A DNA stretch of 64,000 nt from Somniosus microcephalus. Lineage: Eukaryota. The notes under the pieces are model-generated. The model saw only the letters and a list, made by a program, of their open reading frames with translations, was not told where the DNA came from and searched no databases. Positions 1-11,559 of this stretch are shown in pieces. Position 1 is the stretch's first letter. The number at the start of each line of letters is the position of its first letter. A program made the translations under genes and the position numbers. The stretch is from NCBI GenBank assembly GCA_052327205.1, contig CM126219.1, positions 63,178,001 to 63,242,000 on the forward strand, given 5' to 3'.

Positions 1-1520
1 GATGGCTTGCATCCCAGGTTGTTAAGGGAATTGGGGGAGGAGATAGCGGAAGGGCTTGCCACAATTTTCCAATCTTCCCTAGATTTGGGGGAGGTGCCTG
101 AGGATTGGAAAGTGGCAAATGTGACACCATTGTTCAAGAAAGGGTGTAAGGACAATCCTAGTAACTACAGTTTAACATCAGTGGTGGGTAAAGTTTTAGA
201 AACAATAATCAAGGAAAAAATGAATGGGCACTTGGAGAGGTTTAAGCTAATTAAGGAAAGCCAACACAGGTTTATAAAAGGAAGATCTTGTTTGACTAAT
301 CTAATTGAAGTTTTTGATGAAGTAACAGAGAGGATTGATGAAGGGAATGCAGTGGATGTTGTCTACATGGATTTTCGGAAGGCGTTTGACAAATTACCAC
401 ATAGAAGGCTGGTTAACAAAATTGATTTTCATGGAATAGGTGGGTCAGTGGCAGCTTGGATAAGGAATTGGCTTAAGGACAGGAAACAGTGAGTTGTGGT
501 AAATGGCTGTTTTTCAGACTGGAGGATGGTAGACAGTGGTGTTCCCCAAGGGTCAGTGCTGGGGCCACTGCTTTTTTTGATATATATGAATGGCCTGGAT
601 ATTGGAATACAGAGTAGAATTTCTAAATTTGCCGATGACACCAAATTTGGGGGTGTGGCAAACAGTGAGGATGATATCAATCGACTGCAATAGGACATAG
701 AAACGCTGGCAGAATGGGCAGACAAGTGGCAGATGAAATGTAATATAGAGAAGTGTGAGGTGATGCATTTTGGCAGAAGGAACAGGGAGAGACAATATAC
801 ACTTAATGGCACAGTTTTGAAGAGTGTGTAGGGACAGAGGGACCTGGGAGTTAATGTGCATATGTCCCTGAAAGTGGCAGGACATAGAGAGAGTGGTTAG
901 CAAAGCATATGGGATCTTGGGCTTCATAAATAGAGGTATTGAGTACAAAAGTAGAGAAGTTATGCTGAACCTTTATAAAGGCCACAACTGGAGTATTGCG
1001 ACTAGTTCTGGTCACCACACTTTAGGAAGGATGTGAAGGCCCTTGAGAGGGTGCAGAGGAGATTTACCAGAATGGCTCCAGGGATGGAGGATCTTAGCTA
1101 CAAGGACAGGTTGGAGAAGCTGGATTTGTTTTCATTAGAGCAAAGGAGGTTGAGGGGTGATTTGATAGAGGTGTGCAAGATTATGAAGGGTTTGGATAGG
1201 CTAGACGGGGAAAGGCTGTTCCCACTAGTTGATGGTACAAGGACTAGGGGACACAGATTTAAGGTTTTGGGCAAGAGATACAGGGGGGATGTGAAAAAAA
1301 ACTTTTTTACACAGCGAGTGGTGATGACCTGGAATTCACTGCTGACGGAAGTGGTGGAAGCGGAGACACTCAATGTTTTCAAGGGGAGACTGGATAGGCA
1401 CTTGAGGGAAATAAACTTGCAGGGTTACGGGGATAAAGTGGGCAATGGGACTGACTGGATTGCTCCACAGAATCGATGGGCCAAATGGCCTCCTTCTGTG
1501 CTGTTATGACTCTATGACTA
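1..1520 (+). mobile_element. CR1 LINE, 3' part of ORF2 (reverse transcriptase), decayed
   Basis: Broken ORFs read [51 protein letters not shown] and [19 protein letters not shown]; CR1-type tail gggccaaatggcctccttctgtgctg followed by short repeats (atgact). Confidence 0.93.
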
Positions 1521-1559
1521 TCCCCTCCATTCTTTCAGTGATGGGTCTCAGTCTATGCC

Positions 1560-2080
1560 TCCTTGTTACCATTTTGCATACAGCAAAAGCAATCTTTTAC
1601 AAATTACCCATTAAAATTTTGAAAGACTATTAGATTTCCATTAACCTTCACTCTTGCTGTGAAAAAGAAACAATTTGTTTGATCCTCCTTCATAACTGTA
1701 AGATCTCATTCCTGGTTTAATACCAGCGAATGTTCATTGTACCCTTTCTGTGGCTTTAATATCCTTCTAATAATGGGTGCCTAGAACTGCATGTGCTACT
1801 CTAATTGTGGCCTAACCAATCTCATACAAATTCAAACACCTCCTTGCTCTGTATCCAAAGTCCTTAAATATAAAACCCAGAATTTCAATTACTATTTTAT
1901 GGCCTTTACTACATACACCTCCACCTTTAAAGATCTATGTGTCTTCACCCCTATATCTCTCTTTCTCCATTAACAACCCTAGTGCTTAGGGTTAATTTCC
2001 TTTCATTGTTTTTCCTAAAATCCACAACTACTCTTTTGCATTCAACTGCATCTGCCACTTAGCTGCCCATGCCACTGACC
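1560..2080 (-). mobile_element. Old CR1 RT fragment
   Basis: Reverse strand resembles the CR1 'VRPQLEY..QFWAP..KDI' region (gcctagaactgcatgtgctactctaattgtggcctaacc); heavily decayed. Confidence 0.55.
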
Positions 2081-4110
2081 TGTCACACCAGTCCATCACC
2101 AAGTTTTATCTTGGGTTTGTACCGGACACCACAATGGTGACCAGCTAAATATATTCCAATGTTTTACAGTATGATATGACAGCTTCCAACAATTGTCACA
2201 AAGGGCACTGACTGCAACAGCATCGAGTACTGAAGGAGATTAACATTCATTTTATTCAGGAACTGTATAAGGAATGCCATCCATTCATTAAATTATCTCT
2301 TACTTCCAGTCTAGGAATGAGGGCAGGAATCCAGTCTCAGAATCAAAAACAGTTTGACCTAAACTGATACTAGTTCATCCAGCCTTGAACCAGACTTCAA
2401 TAATTCAAATTGCTATTGACTTGTAAGTGAGTGAAATGTGGTTTGTGCCCCCTCAAATTATCTAGTTATACAAATCACACTAATTATTTCAGAAAAAGAA
2501 ACTGCACAGGACCCATTACCTCACCTATAGACTTGAAAACAGGGACAGCTCTTCTAAGCAGAGAAAAGGCACAATTTTTGAAAACCATATATGGGCAACA
2601 TCCTTGAGTTTAACCAGCAAAAGCTCAACTAGTTTCAATCAGATAAATCTTGACTTTCAATCTTTCTGGGTGACCTCAAATTTTGGGTTTGAGAACATCC
2701 TTCTAATCTGGCTGAAGCCCAAGCTCAGATCGGAACTTCTTGAATGGATAATTTAGTTCTCTCACAAGGTGTCAAGTTGGCTGGGTTGCAGCAACCAACT
2801 GTCTATTGTTAGTAGATATTGGCTCAGTTTCAATTGTATTCCTAGTGCCATCTGCAGCTTGGCCTGCCTACTCTCTACTGGGCATCGGGAGGAACAGGAT
2901 GAGAGAGGGCAGAGAATGTGACCAAGGGGAGGAGGGGGGGTGACCACATCCAAAGAAAAATGTGGATGCTTGAGCTGAATTCAAATGACAGAAAGAAAAC
3001 GAGAAGAGAATGAAAGGGGGGGGGGGGGGGGAATGGAGCGGATGAAAGATGCCTCTTTTTCATTCAATCCCTCCCCTTTCAATGAAACTTTATTTTAATC
3101 ATTTCGTTTTTGCTCCTTTAAAAAAAAAAAAATCCTTCTACTTTTGAAAGAAATTTCTATGTGATGGAATACATTGAAAGGCTACTGATCCATTTCTCCC
3201 AAGAGAATGCTTGTCTACTGTTCTCTTTCAAACTGTGTGGGCAAAACAAAGGCACGCTGTGTCCAGTGCACAGAACGTTGGTTGTAGCACATCACAGCTG
3301 TACAGGCACTGATATCTGGAGGGGATACAAACGATGAAAGCCAGAAGCACCAAGTTAGCTCTCCAAGCAAACTCCAACCCGGTGACAACATTGCCATCTG
3401 TGTTTCTGTCACATTCATGCCAGCTGCACCATCTTTCAGCTGTGCCATCTGTGTTAGCTTGCTTCTCCTCACCCCTCAGGCACAAACACAAATAGCTTCT
3501 TTGTTTAAAATGTTGCAACTTTATTTTGTGCAAAAGAAACTCAGTAATGAACCTCAGTACTATTGACTCCTATTGCACTAGCTCAGCACCATTGTTTTTT
3601 TACAGTAGAAAGATGAAAAGCTTGTGTTGGAATGAGAAAATTAATTTGTCCAACATCACTTAGTGCTGTGCCATTGGAGCCATTATAGCAGACAGGCATT
3701 CCACCAACTTCCTAAACTGGTCAGTACATTTAAAATAATAGAATAAAGCTTTCACTATTCACCAACAGGTTTTTCTTATACACTTTTGGTTTTGAGGATT
3801 CAAGGTTTTTATGGTCTTGGGCCTCATTCCTCAAAATTGCCAATCCCATCATCTCCTGGGGCAGGCAACCCTTGACCTGTTTACCACTTGTAGACTCAAC
3901 AGTGGCTCTACACTTCATCAGGTAATTGGAGTCACATTGCTTTGGGATTGCGAAGGGAGAGGAGGAAGGATATGAAACTTCTCTGCCCCATCAAAAACAA
4001 TCTATTCTTGATCAATGATGCTCCTACCAGCTTGCCCTAGTTAGTAATGTTCATTTAGAACAGAATCAGACATTTTGATTGCAATTAAGGAACAACATTC
4101 GGAGGGAAGC

Positions 4111-4170
4111 AGGACTTCAATCCCAGAACCAGGACTTCAATCCCAGAACCAGGACTTCAATCCCAGAACC
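4111..4170. repeat. Perfect 20-bp tandem repeat x3 (aggacttcaatcccagaacc)
   Basis: Read directly from the sequence. Confidence 0.95.
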
Positions 4171-4574
4171 GTTGCAAAACGTTATTTCTTCTTCCTGCTC
4201 ACGGAAATTCCTCATTCTTCATGTAAGGAAGCAATTTGTTGGAGGCCCACTGTATTCCATCTCCCAGCTGGAAAGGAACCAGGTTTTTGCAGCACAACTG
4301 TCCCTTGCTGCGTCTCAGATCACCACCCGTCTTGGCCCTGGATTCTGGTCCAGCGCTCAATTTAATTAAGAAGTTGAGTATTTAACCAGAGTCTGAGGCA
4401 GGACTGAGAAAGATGTCCATCAACATTGAGCATGAAGCTGCCCACCGTGCGTGACTGAACACCGGTCTTTCCACACAGCCTGTCTCGTAGTTGTCTCACT
4501 CCAAAATTGAGGAATTACCTTTCATCAGCTAAAATAGTCTTCCACGTTTATTTTGGGGAGGGGAGAGATTGATT

Positions 4575-4690
4575 GGAAATGTCATCGGTCTGAAACGTTA
4601 ACACTGTTTCTCTCTCCATAGATGCTACCTGACCAGCATTTTCTGCTTTTATTTTATATTTCCAGCATCCGCAGTATTTTGCTTTTGGTT
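4575..4690 (+). mobile_element. Penelope-like element 3' end (pLTR) fragment
   Basis: tgaaacgttaacactgtttctctctccatagatgct...cagcattttctg is similar to 44640-44725 and 45420-45491. Confidence 0.6.
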
Positions 4691-6834
4691 AGATCATTCC
4701 TCTTGTTGTAGTGTTAAAAAATCTGGGACAAGTAAATTCCATGCATGTGGGTAAGATAAGTCAATTAGAAGGTTTGCCCATCGGGTAGATGTTTCAGTTG
4801 GAATCCACATGATTAAGGAATAGAAGGATATGCTGACGGGGTTAGATGAAGAGGGGTGGGAGGAGGCTCGTGTGGATCATAAACGTTGGCATCGACCTGT
4901 TGGGCGAATGGCCTGAGACTGTGCTGTAGATTCCATGTAATAAATCTATGTGATTATCCCTGCAGCTTGCGAGGCCATTCCTTCCATCCAGCAGAGACAA
5001 TAACTTAATACAAGATTCAGTGATGAGACCAGATAACACTTCGTGGCAGGAGGGAGGAAATGCCCCATTAACGGTGCAGCCTGCACCATCCCACAACGAG
5101 CGCACTGCTGTTAGAGGGAGATATTGAGCACAGGTGCTCCCTATGCCTCACAAGCATTCTCCAGTCGCCACCAACGAGCATTAGGTCTGAAATGAACCAT
5201 TTAAAAATGAGACGACTTCCAGCAAAGGTTCAATGTGCTTCTGGTCGGTGCAAAAGAATATTTAGCAACTATATTATTTCATTCAGCACATCCTTTATTC
5301 AAAACCCGTTTCGGCCAGAAAAAATCCAAAACGAGCTTCAGTTGGACTTCAATTCTTGTGATCACTATCCCTGAATCAGCACCAAATATTTCCACTTGGC
5401 ACTAGGAAACTGTTAAATACCTCAGTTTATCTCTGGTCCTCCATGGGGTTATAAAACCCCTCTGCCCCGCCCCCAAAGGAGTATAAAACCATTCTCTACC
5501 CCTCTGTCTAGATGGTATAACACTGTTCCCTTGCCCCAGGTGTATAAAAACATTCCGTCTCTGCCGCTCACCAAGGTGTCTGTTTCCAGGTGTATAAAAC
5601 TGCTCTGTCTCTACCCCCTCCCATACAGGGAACCGCTCTGTCCTCGGCTCTATAAAACTTCTCTGCGCCAACAGCTGTTTGGAAGTACCTCCAGCGTACG
5701 TTCCAGGTGTTTTTTTTCTTGTTTCTCCAGCACACTGTCTCCTAACACAGCTGTACACGACTCTCTGCTGTTTCTTCCCAACATACCTCAACCCATCTCA
5801 CTTTTTTCTCACCGGTGCTGTATTTTTCACTGATGGCGCGTACAGTCCCTGGTAATGTACAATGCTGTAAATTCATCACATGATCTGGGGTTGCGTTTTT
5901 CGAGGTTAGTACTGTTCTGTGCAGGCTTCTAAATGAGTCATAACCCAATGGTGGGTTAGCATCATATGGACTTGGATATGATCCTTCCCCTCCCCCCTCC
6001 AGTAAAGCAAGATTGGCAAATGCATCTAGGCTCAGATAAAGACAAGGTACCAAAAAGCTAATGTTTTCAAGAATAAAAACATTTTTTTTTAAAAAGTGCT
6101 GGTGGTGATAAAGTTGAATGCCAAATAAGGCGGTGACTCAACCACCAAATTGTCATCCACTAACCATTTGGGCCAAGATTAGGGTTATGGCAATTGTATC
6201 TAATGAAGTGGTTCACAAGAACGGGTAGGAAGGTTTTGATATTGACTTAGCTCCGAATCAAATGTAGGAACAACCCGAAGCTGTACTCTTCAGGCACCTT
6301 TTGTCTATACTATGTTTTTTTCTCATTATAACCTTCCTTTGGTAGTAATAGCAAAGAGGGGAATATGAATTCTTGAATAAAATATTTGACCTACAAATAT
6401 CAGAAGATACAGTAAGATTGCTGGCGGATTACACGCCAAATCGTATTTTTAGCATTGATAGCCCAAAGGCACAAGTGTTCCGGGAAGCTAGCCGTATTGT
6501 CAAGCTGGTTTGTTCAAACTTTGGCTCCATTAGACCTGCCACTCAATAACTGGGCTACTGCCCCAATGTGTCTGAAACTGAAGAACATTTTTCCAGGCTC
6601 CACACCACAGCCATTAAGTTCAGCCCCATCTGTCGATTACCTGAGTGCAGGGTTGAGGCCTGTGATCCGATTACCCTGCTGCTGAAGATCCCCCCACAGT
6701 TGCTGGGCTGATGTTTTGGCTTGCTATGAAGTTAATTAGGGTCGATTAATTTGCAATAATCTCCACTATTCAGTGTCACGAGAACTTGGCAGACTAAAAC
6801 TCAACCAAACTACAAAAACACCACATAACAGACT

Positions 6835-7895
6835 TAATGGGGAAAATAGAAACACCTGGTATTAAAGGGGCAATGGTAACAGGTACATAATTGGCTAAGG
6901 GATGGGAGGCAGAGAGTAATGGTGAATGGATATTTTTCTGACTGAAGAGAAATATGCAATGGGGTCGCTATTAGGACCATTGCTTTTCTTGTTATACATA
7001 AATGAGCTGTAGGGGTATAGGTTGTACAATTTTTAAGTTTGTGGATGATACAAAACTTGGCAACATTGTAAATAGTGAGGCGGAAAGCAGCAGAGTGCAG
7101 GAGGACATAGACTGGTGAAATGGTCAGACACATGGCAGATGCAATTTAATGCAGATAAGTGCAATGTGAAGCACTTTGAGAGGAACAACATGGAGATGCA
7201 GTATAATGTAAGTGGTACTATTTTGAGGGTGGTGCAAGAGCAGAGGGACCTGGGGGCACATATACACAGACCTTTGAAGGTGGTAGGTTAAGTTGATACG
7301 GTGGTTAAGAAAGCATATGGGATACTTGAATACAAAAACAAGTAAGTCATGCTGAATCTTTACAAATCTCTGGTTGGGCCTCAGTTGGTTGTATTATGTA
7401 CAATTTTGGGCACCATACTCTAGGAAGGATATCACGGTCTTGGAGAGGGCACAGAGGTTTACCAGGATGATACCAGGGATGAGGGACTTCAGTTATGTGG
7501 AGACATTGGAGAAGCTGGGATTGTTCTCCTTAGAGCAGAGTAGATTAAGGGGACACCTAATAGGAGGTATTCAAAATTATGAGGTTTTTGATAGAGACAA
7601 ACTGTTTCCTCTGGCAAGTGGGTTGATAACCGGAGGTCGGAGGTTTAAAATAATTGGCAAAAGAGCTAGAGGGGAAATAAGAATTTTTTTTCACGCAGAG
7701 GGTTGTTAAGATCTGGAACGCACTACCTGAAAGGGTGGTGGAAGCAGTTTCCAGAGCTACTTTCAAAAAGGCAATTGAACATTTACTTGTAGAGGACTAA
7801 TTTGCAGGGTTATGGGACTAAATTGGACAGCTCTTTCAGAGATGTGGCACAGGCATGACAGGCCAAGTGGCCTCCTTCTGTGCTGTAAGATTCTA
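6835..7895 (+). mobile_element. CR1 LINE 3' fragment, decayed
   Basis: YVQFWAPYSRKDITVLERAQRFTRMIPGM..LEKLGLFSLEQ; CR1 tail ggcctccttctgtgctgtaagattcta. Confidence 0.88.
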
Positions 7896-8434
7896 GGATA
7901 CCTCTTCTCAACAAGCCCCCAGTATTCAGGCAATTTGATTTCCACCAAAGACAATAAACAGTAATCGCTTTTCAACAGTTTTCATTTACATAGCATCTTT
8001 AATTACAAAATCATTCCAAGGCAGAGGCATAAAGGAAAAGTAAACACCAAGCTAAAGGAGGAAAGATTAGGGCGGATGGACCAAAAGCTTGGTCAAAGCA
8101 GTAGGTGTAGAGGGGGACCTTAAAAAGGAGGCCCAATGGTGTGGGAAATGTACAAGAAGCCGGAGTTAGAGAGAGTTTGGGGGAGGGGATTATCGGGCTG
8201 AGGGAGTTGAGAGGGAGAGCAAAGCCACGGGTCTATTTAAACACAGGGATGAGAATTTTAAATGAGGCCCTGAGGGGTGATAGCCAATCAGGACTGGGTG
8301 TGGATAGGTTGCGGGTGGTGAATAGGAGACTGGCCAGGAAACATTAGTGTAGGCGAGTCTGAAGATGACAAAGGCGGGGTTCAATGTTTCAGTAGATGGG
8401 CTACGATATTGTTGATGCAGGTAGAGAACAGGAA

Positions 8435-8859
8435 TTACATTTATGTAGACCCTTTCACAACCTCAGGATGTGTCAAATGAAATACTTTCTGAAGTGCAGT
8501 CACTGTTGTAATGCAGGGAAAAGCAGCAGTCAATTTGCACACAGCAAGGTTTCATGAATAGTGAAGAAATAAATGACCACATAATATTTGTGATGTTGGT
8601 TGAGGAATAAATACTGGCCAGGACACCGGGAGAACGCCCCAGCTTTTCTCAGAATAGCACCATGGGATCGTTTACATCCACCCTAGAGGGCAAATAAGGC
8701 CTTGGTTTAACATCTCATCAGAAAGAAGGCACCGACAGTGCAGCACTCCATTGAAATGTCAGTCTAGACTATGTGCTCAAGACCCTGGAGTGGAACTTGA
8801 ACCCACAACCATCTGACTCAGAGGCGAGAGTGCTACCATTGAGCCAAGGCGGACACCTT
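8435..8859 (-). mobile_element. tRNA-derived DeuSINE (SacSINE1-like), apparently inserted in an L2 remnant (~7975-8960)
   Basis: Minus-strand tRNA head (ttggctcaatggtagc..gggttcaag A/B boxes) and central gtgctgcactgtcgg domain; same family as 16768-17189 and 50655-51700. Confidence 0.75.
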
Positions 8860-9317
8860 AAGTTGGTGGTCTTTGTGATGGAGAGGTTGGAAACTCAGCT
8901 CAAGTTTGAATAAGACACCAAAGTTGTGAAGTCTAGTTCAGCCTGGGTCAGTGGCCTGGCATTAAGAATTGAGCCTGTAGCAAGGGACTGGAATTCTTCC
9001 CCACATCAGAAAAAATGTTGCAGTCCACTGAGCAATGGGAGAATAGTGGGGAAAGATCTAATCATACAACAGATAGCCTTCCAAATATTTTGTTTGTACG
9101 TGAAGGTCAAATGAACAATGTGGTCCCTCACAGCTCTTGGAAATACTTTGTCAGCCAAGTGTCTGACAAACAGAAACTTGCGCTTTAAAAGTCTAGAAAA
9201 CAAGCTAGAGAAATCCAGTTGAAGTTTCTGTTCGCCCGATAGAGTGGACATTTTCTTCCTAAAGGCACACCTCCCACCTACCTAGATTTAGTGCGTTTTG
9301 GTGCAAGATAGCAAATT

Positions 9318-9556
9318 CATGCATTATTTTGGAGTCACCTCGAACCTTGAGGCACTCGTTACTTCTCCCTCCCAAGGTGAACAGTCACTAGTCAGTCATT
9401 AGACAACTGAGTTAGTCTTTGCTGGGCACACAACAGCTACCAGCAGATGCTCATGAGAAATACGGCGAGTAGTGTAACTGGGCGCATTGATGGACAAACA
9501 CCGTTCCTATGAAGGATAGTTGCACTAGTTGGAGGTGTCGAGCTTAAATAACAGCT
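9318..9556. repeat. ~240-bp direct repeat, copy 1 (copy 2 at 10268-10524)
   Basis: Near-identical sequence catgcattattttggag...ggaggtgtcg..cagct in both copies. Confidence 0.92.
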
Positions 9557-10267
9557 TGAGGACAACCAAATTTCTGTCGGAGTTTAACTGATGCAGATCA
9601 CACATTTGACTAGTAAAACACTAATTAGCTTCCCAATGCTTATCTAGCCAGCACCTTCCTATCGGTTCAAGCACTGTCTTGCAGGATTTTCTGGAACAGC
9701 GAGGAAAGCATAACTGCCGCCCCACCTCGCCAAGTGGTAAATTTACCCACCAGATTAGTGAGCTAGGTTGGCTGGTCAACCATCAGCAACAAATTAAATC
9801 TTAAAGGTACTAGAAAAATATAAGAAATTCCAAGCAGACAGGAACATGGAAAACAGATACCAAGCCAAGAGATTAGGAGGTGGCAAAAGGCTTGGCTGAT
9901 CTGATGAGTTTAGAGCAGGGCTTTAAAAAAAATACCCTAATGAAGTTATAAGAACATAAGAAATAGGAGCAGGAGTAGGCCAATTGGCCCCTTGAGCCTG
10001 CTCCGCCATTCAATAAGATCATGGCTGATCTGATCCTAACCGCCAATCTACTATCACAGAACCATCTCCTGAATCGAACAGAATTAGACACACGAAATAG
10101 GAGCAGGATCAGGCTACACAGCCCCTGGGCCCGCTCCGCTACCCACAGGGCCATGTCTTAGGAAGGGAATTCCAGAGTACCTTAAGAGTATTGCAGACTT
10201 GCCTGGCTCAGATATTGGATTACTGAGTCTGGCACAGAGTTGATGTCATTCTTAATTTCCATTGCTC

Positions 10268-10524
10268 CATGCATTATTTTGGAGCCACCTCGAACCTTGA
10301 GGCACTCGTTACTTCTCCCTCCCAAGGTGAATAGTCACCAGTCAGTCATTAGACAACTGAATTAGTCTTCGCTGGGCAGACAACAGCTAGCAGCAGATGC
10401 TCACGAGAAATACGGCGAGTAGCATAACTGAGCGCATTTCCATCAATGTCTTAACCACAGGATGGACACCGTTCCTATGAAGGATAGTTGCACTAGTTGG
10501 AGGTGTCGCGCTTTAATAGCAGCT
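10268..10524. repeat. ~255-bp direct repeat, copy 2
   Basis: Matches 9318-9556 with scattered substitutions and a ~20-bp indel. Confidence 0.92.
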
Positions 10525-11502
10525 GCTTACCACTCTAATCACGTTAGTCACCGAGCCCTGAATATATGAATGTGTGTTTTCAAACATAGCCTATGGGCAA
10601 TGCCTTCCAGGAACTAACCTCCCAATTCCTAGCATTTCCTCATTGGCTATACAAGGGACCTCTGCCTTCATCATGGTAGAGAACTCCCAACAAGAGAAAA
10701 AAGAAACCGAAGGGCTGCCTCAGAGCAAGGCTACTAGAGAATATGGGAAAAGAAGATGTCCCCTTGGCTACCACTGTTAAGTGCTCAGACCCATTGATAT
10801 ATCTGCTTGGAGATAATAAATTTCCAGAGTAACTCATGATGCTTTTATCTGGCATAACCTCTCAAAATTAACACATACTAACGGGCTACTCTCCAAATAG
10901 CTTTCATCATTGCAGTGGGGAAAGAAACAGAAAGGGGAAGGAGAAGAAACAGTTTAACCCTCCGAGCAAAAAAAAAAAAAAGGCTAATCTAGAACATACC
11001 AATATTATACCACACATCATAAAACTCTGGCACATCAAAATATGGATATAAATTAAGTTTTCAGACTCTAGATAAAATTCATTGCAGTCTGCCTTTTGCA
11101 TCACTGGTATTCCACCTTCCTCCATTGCTGAAAAGGGGATGCCACACTGCAGTGTTGTGATGCTGCAAAACCGATAAATCTTTCCTCTTCCTTTCAACTA
11201 AACTTGACATTTATTATGAACCTTACTTGTGTGAATGACCACAAGTCAACAGAAGATGGGCCTAACCCAGCATTAAGCTTGCTTGGCCCAAGGTTAAATT
11301 TCCAAGAGAAAGGATTGGATTAATGGCTTTCAGTGACATTGTGATAGTGGTTATGTGTTTTGCATTGTGATGGCCATTGTATGTTTTGATGGTATTAAAA
11401 GTAATAATGCAGGATCAAAAACTCATACATCACCGTGATTTGTTTACAATGGCTTCGCTGAAACCCGTCAGCTGGGCTGAACAAAAAACTGGCATTATTA
11501 TT

Positions 11503-11559
11503 AACAAAACAAACAGGAAATTCATCTACTTCAGCAGAAATGATACCTTGATTTTTATT
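11503..11559 (-). terminator. Candidate distal polyadenylation signal of TRIM33
   Basis: Minus-strand AATAAA at 11554-11559 with a downstream GU/U-rich element (tttcctgtttgttttgtt, 11503-11520). Confidence 0.6.

Noticed and set aside
7-1509. Functional reverse transcriptase gene (also 26014-28453, 42595-43008, 47682-49088)
   Set aside because: Stops, frameshifts and deletions show these are dead LINE copies.
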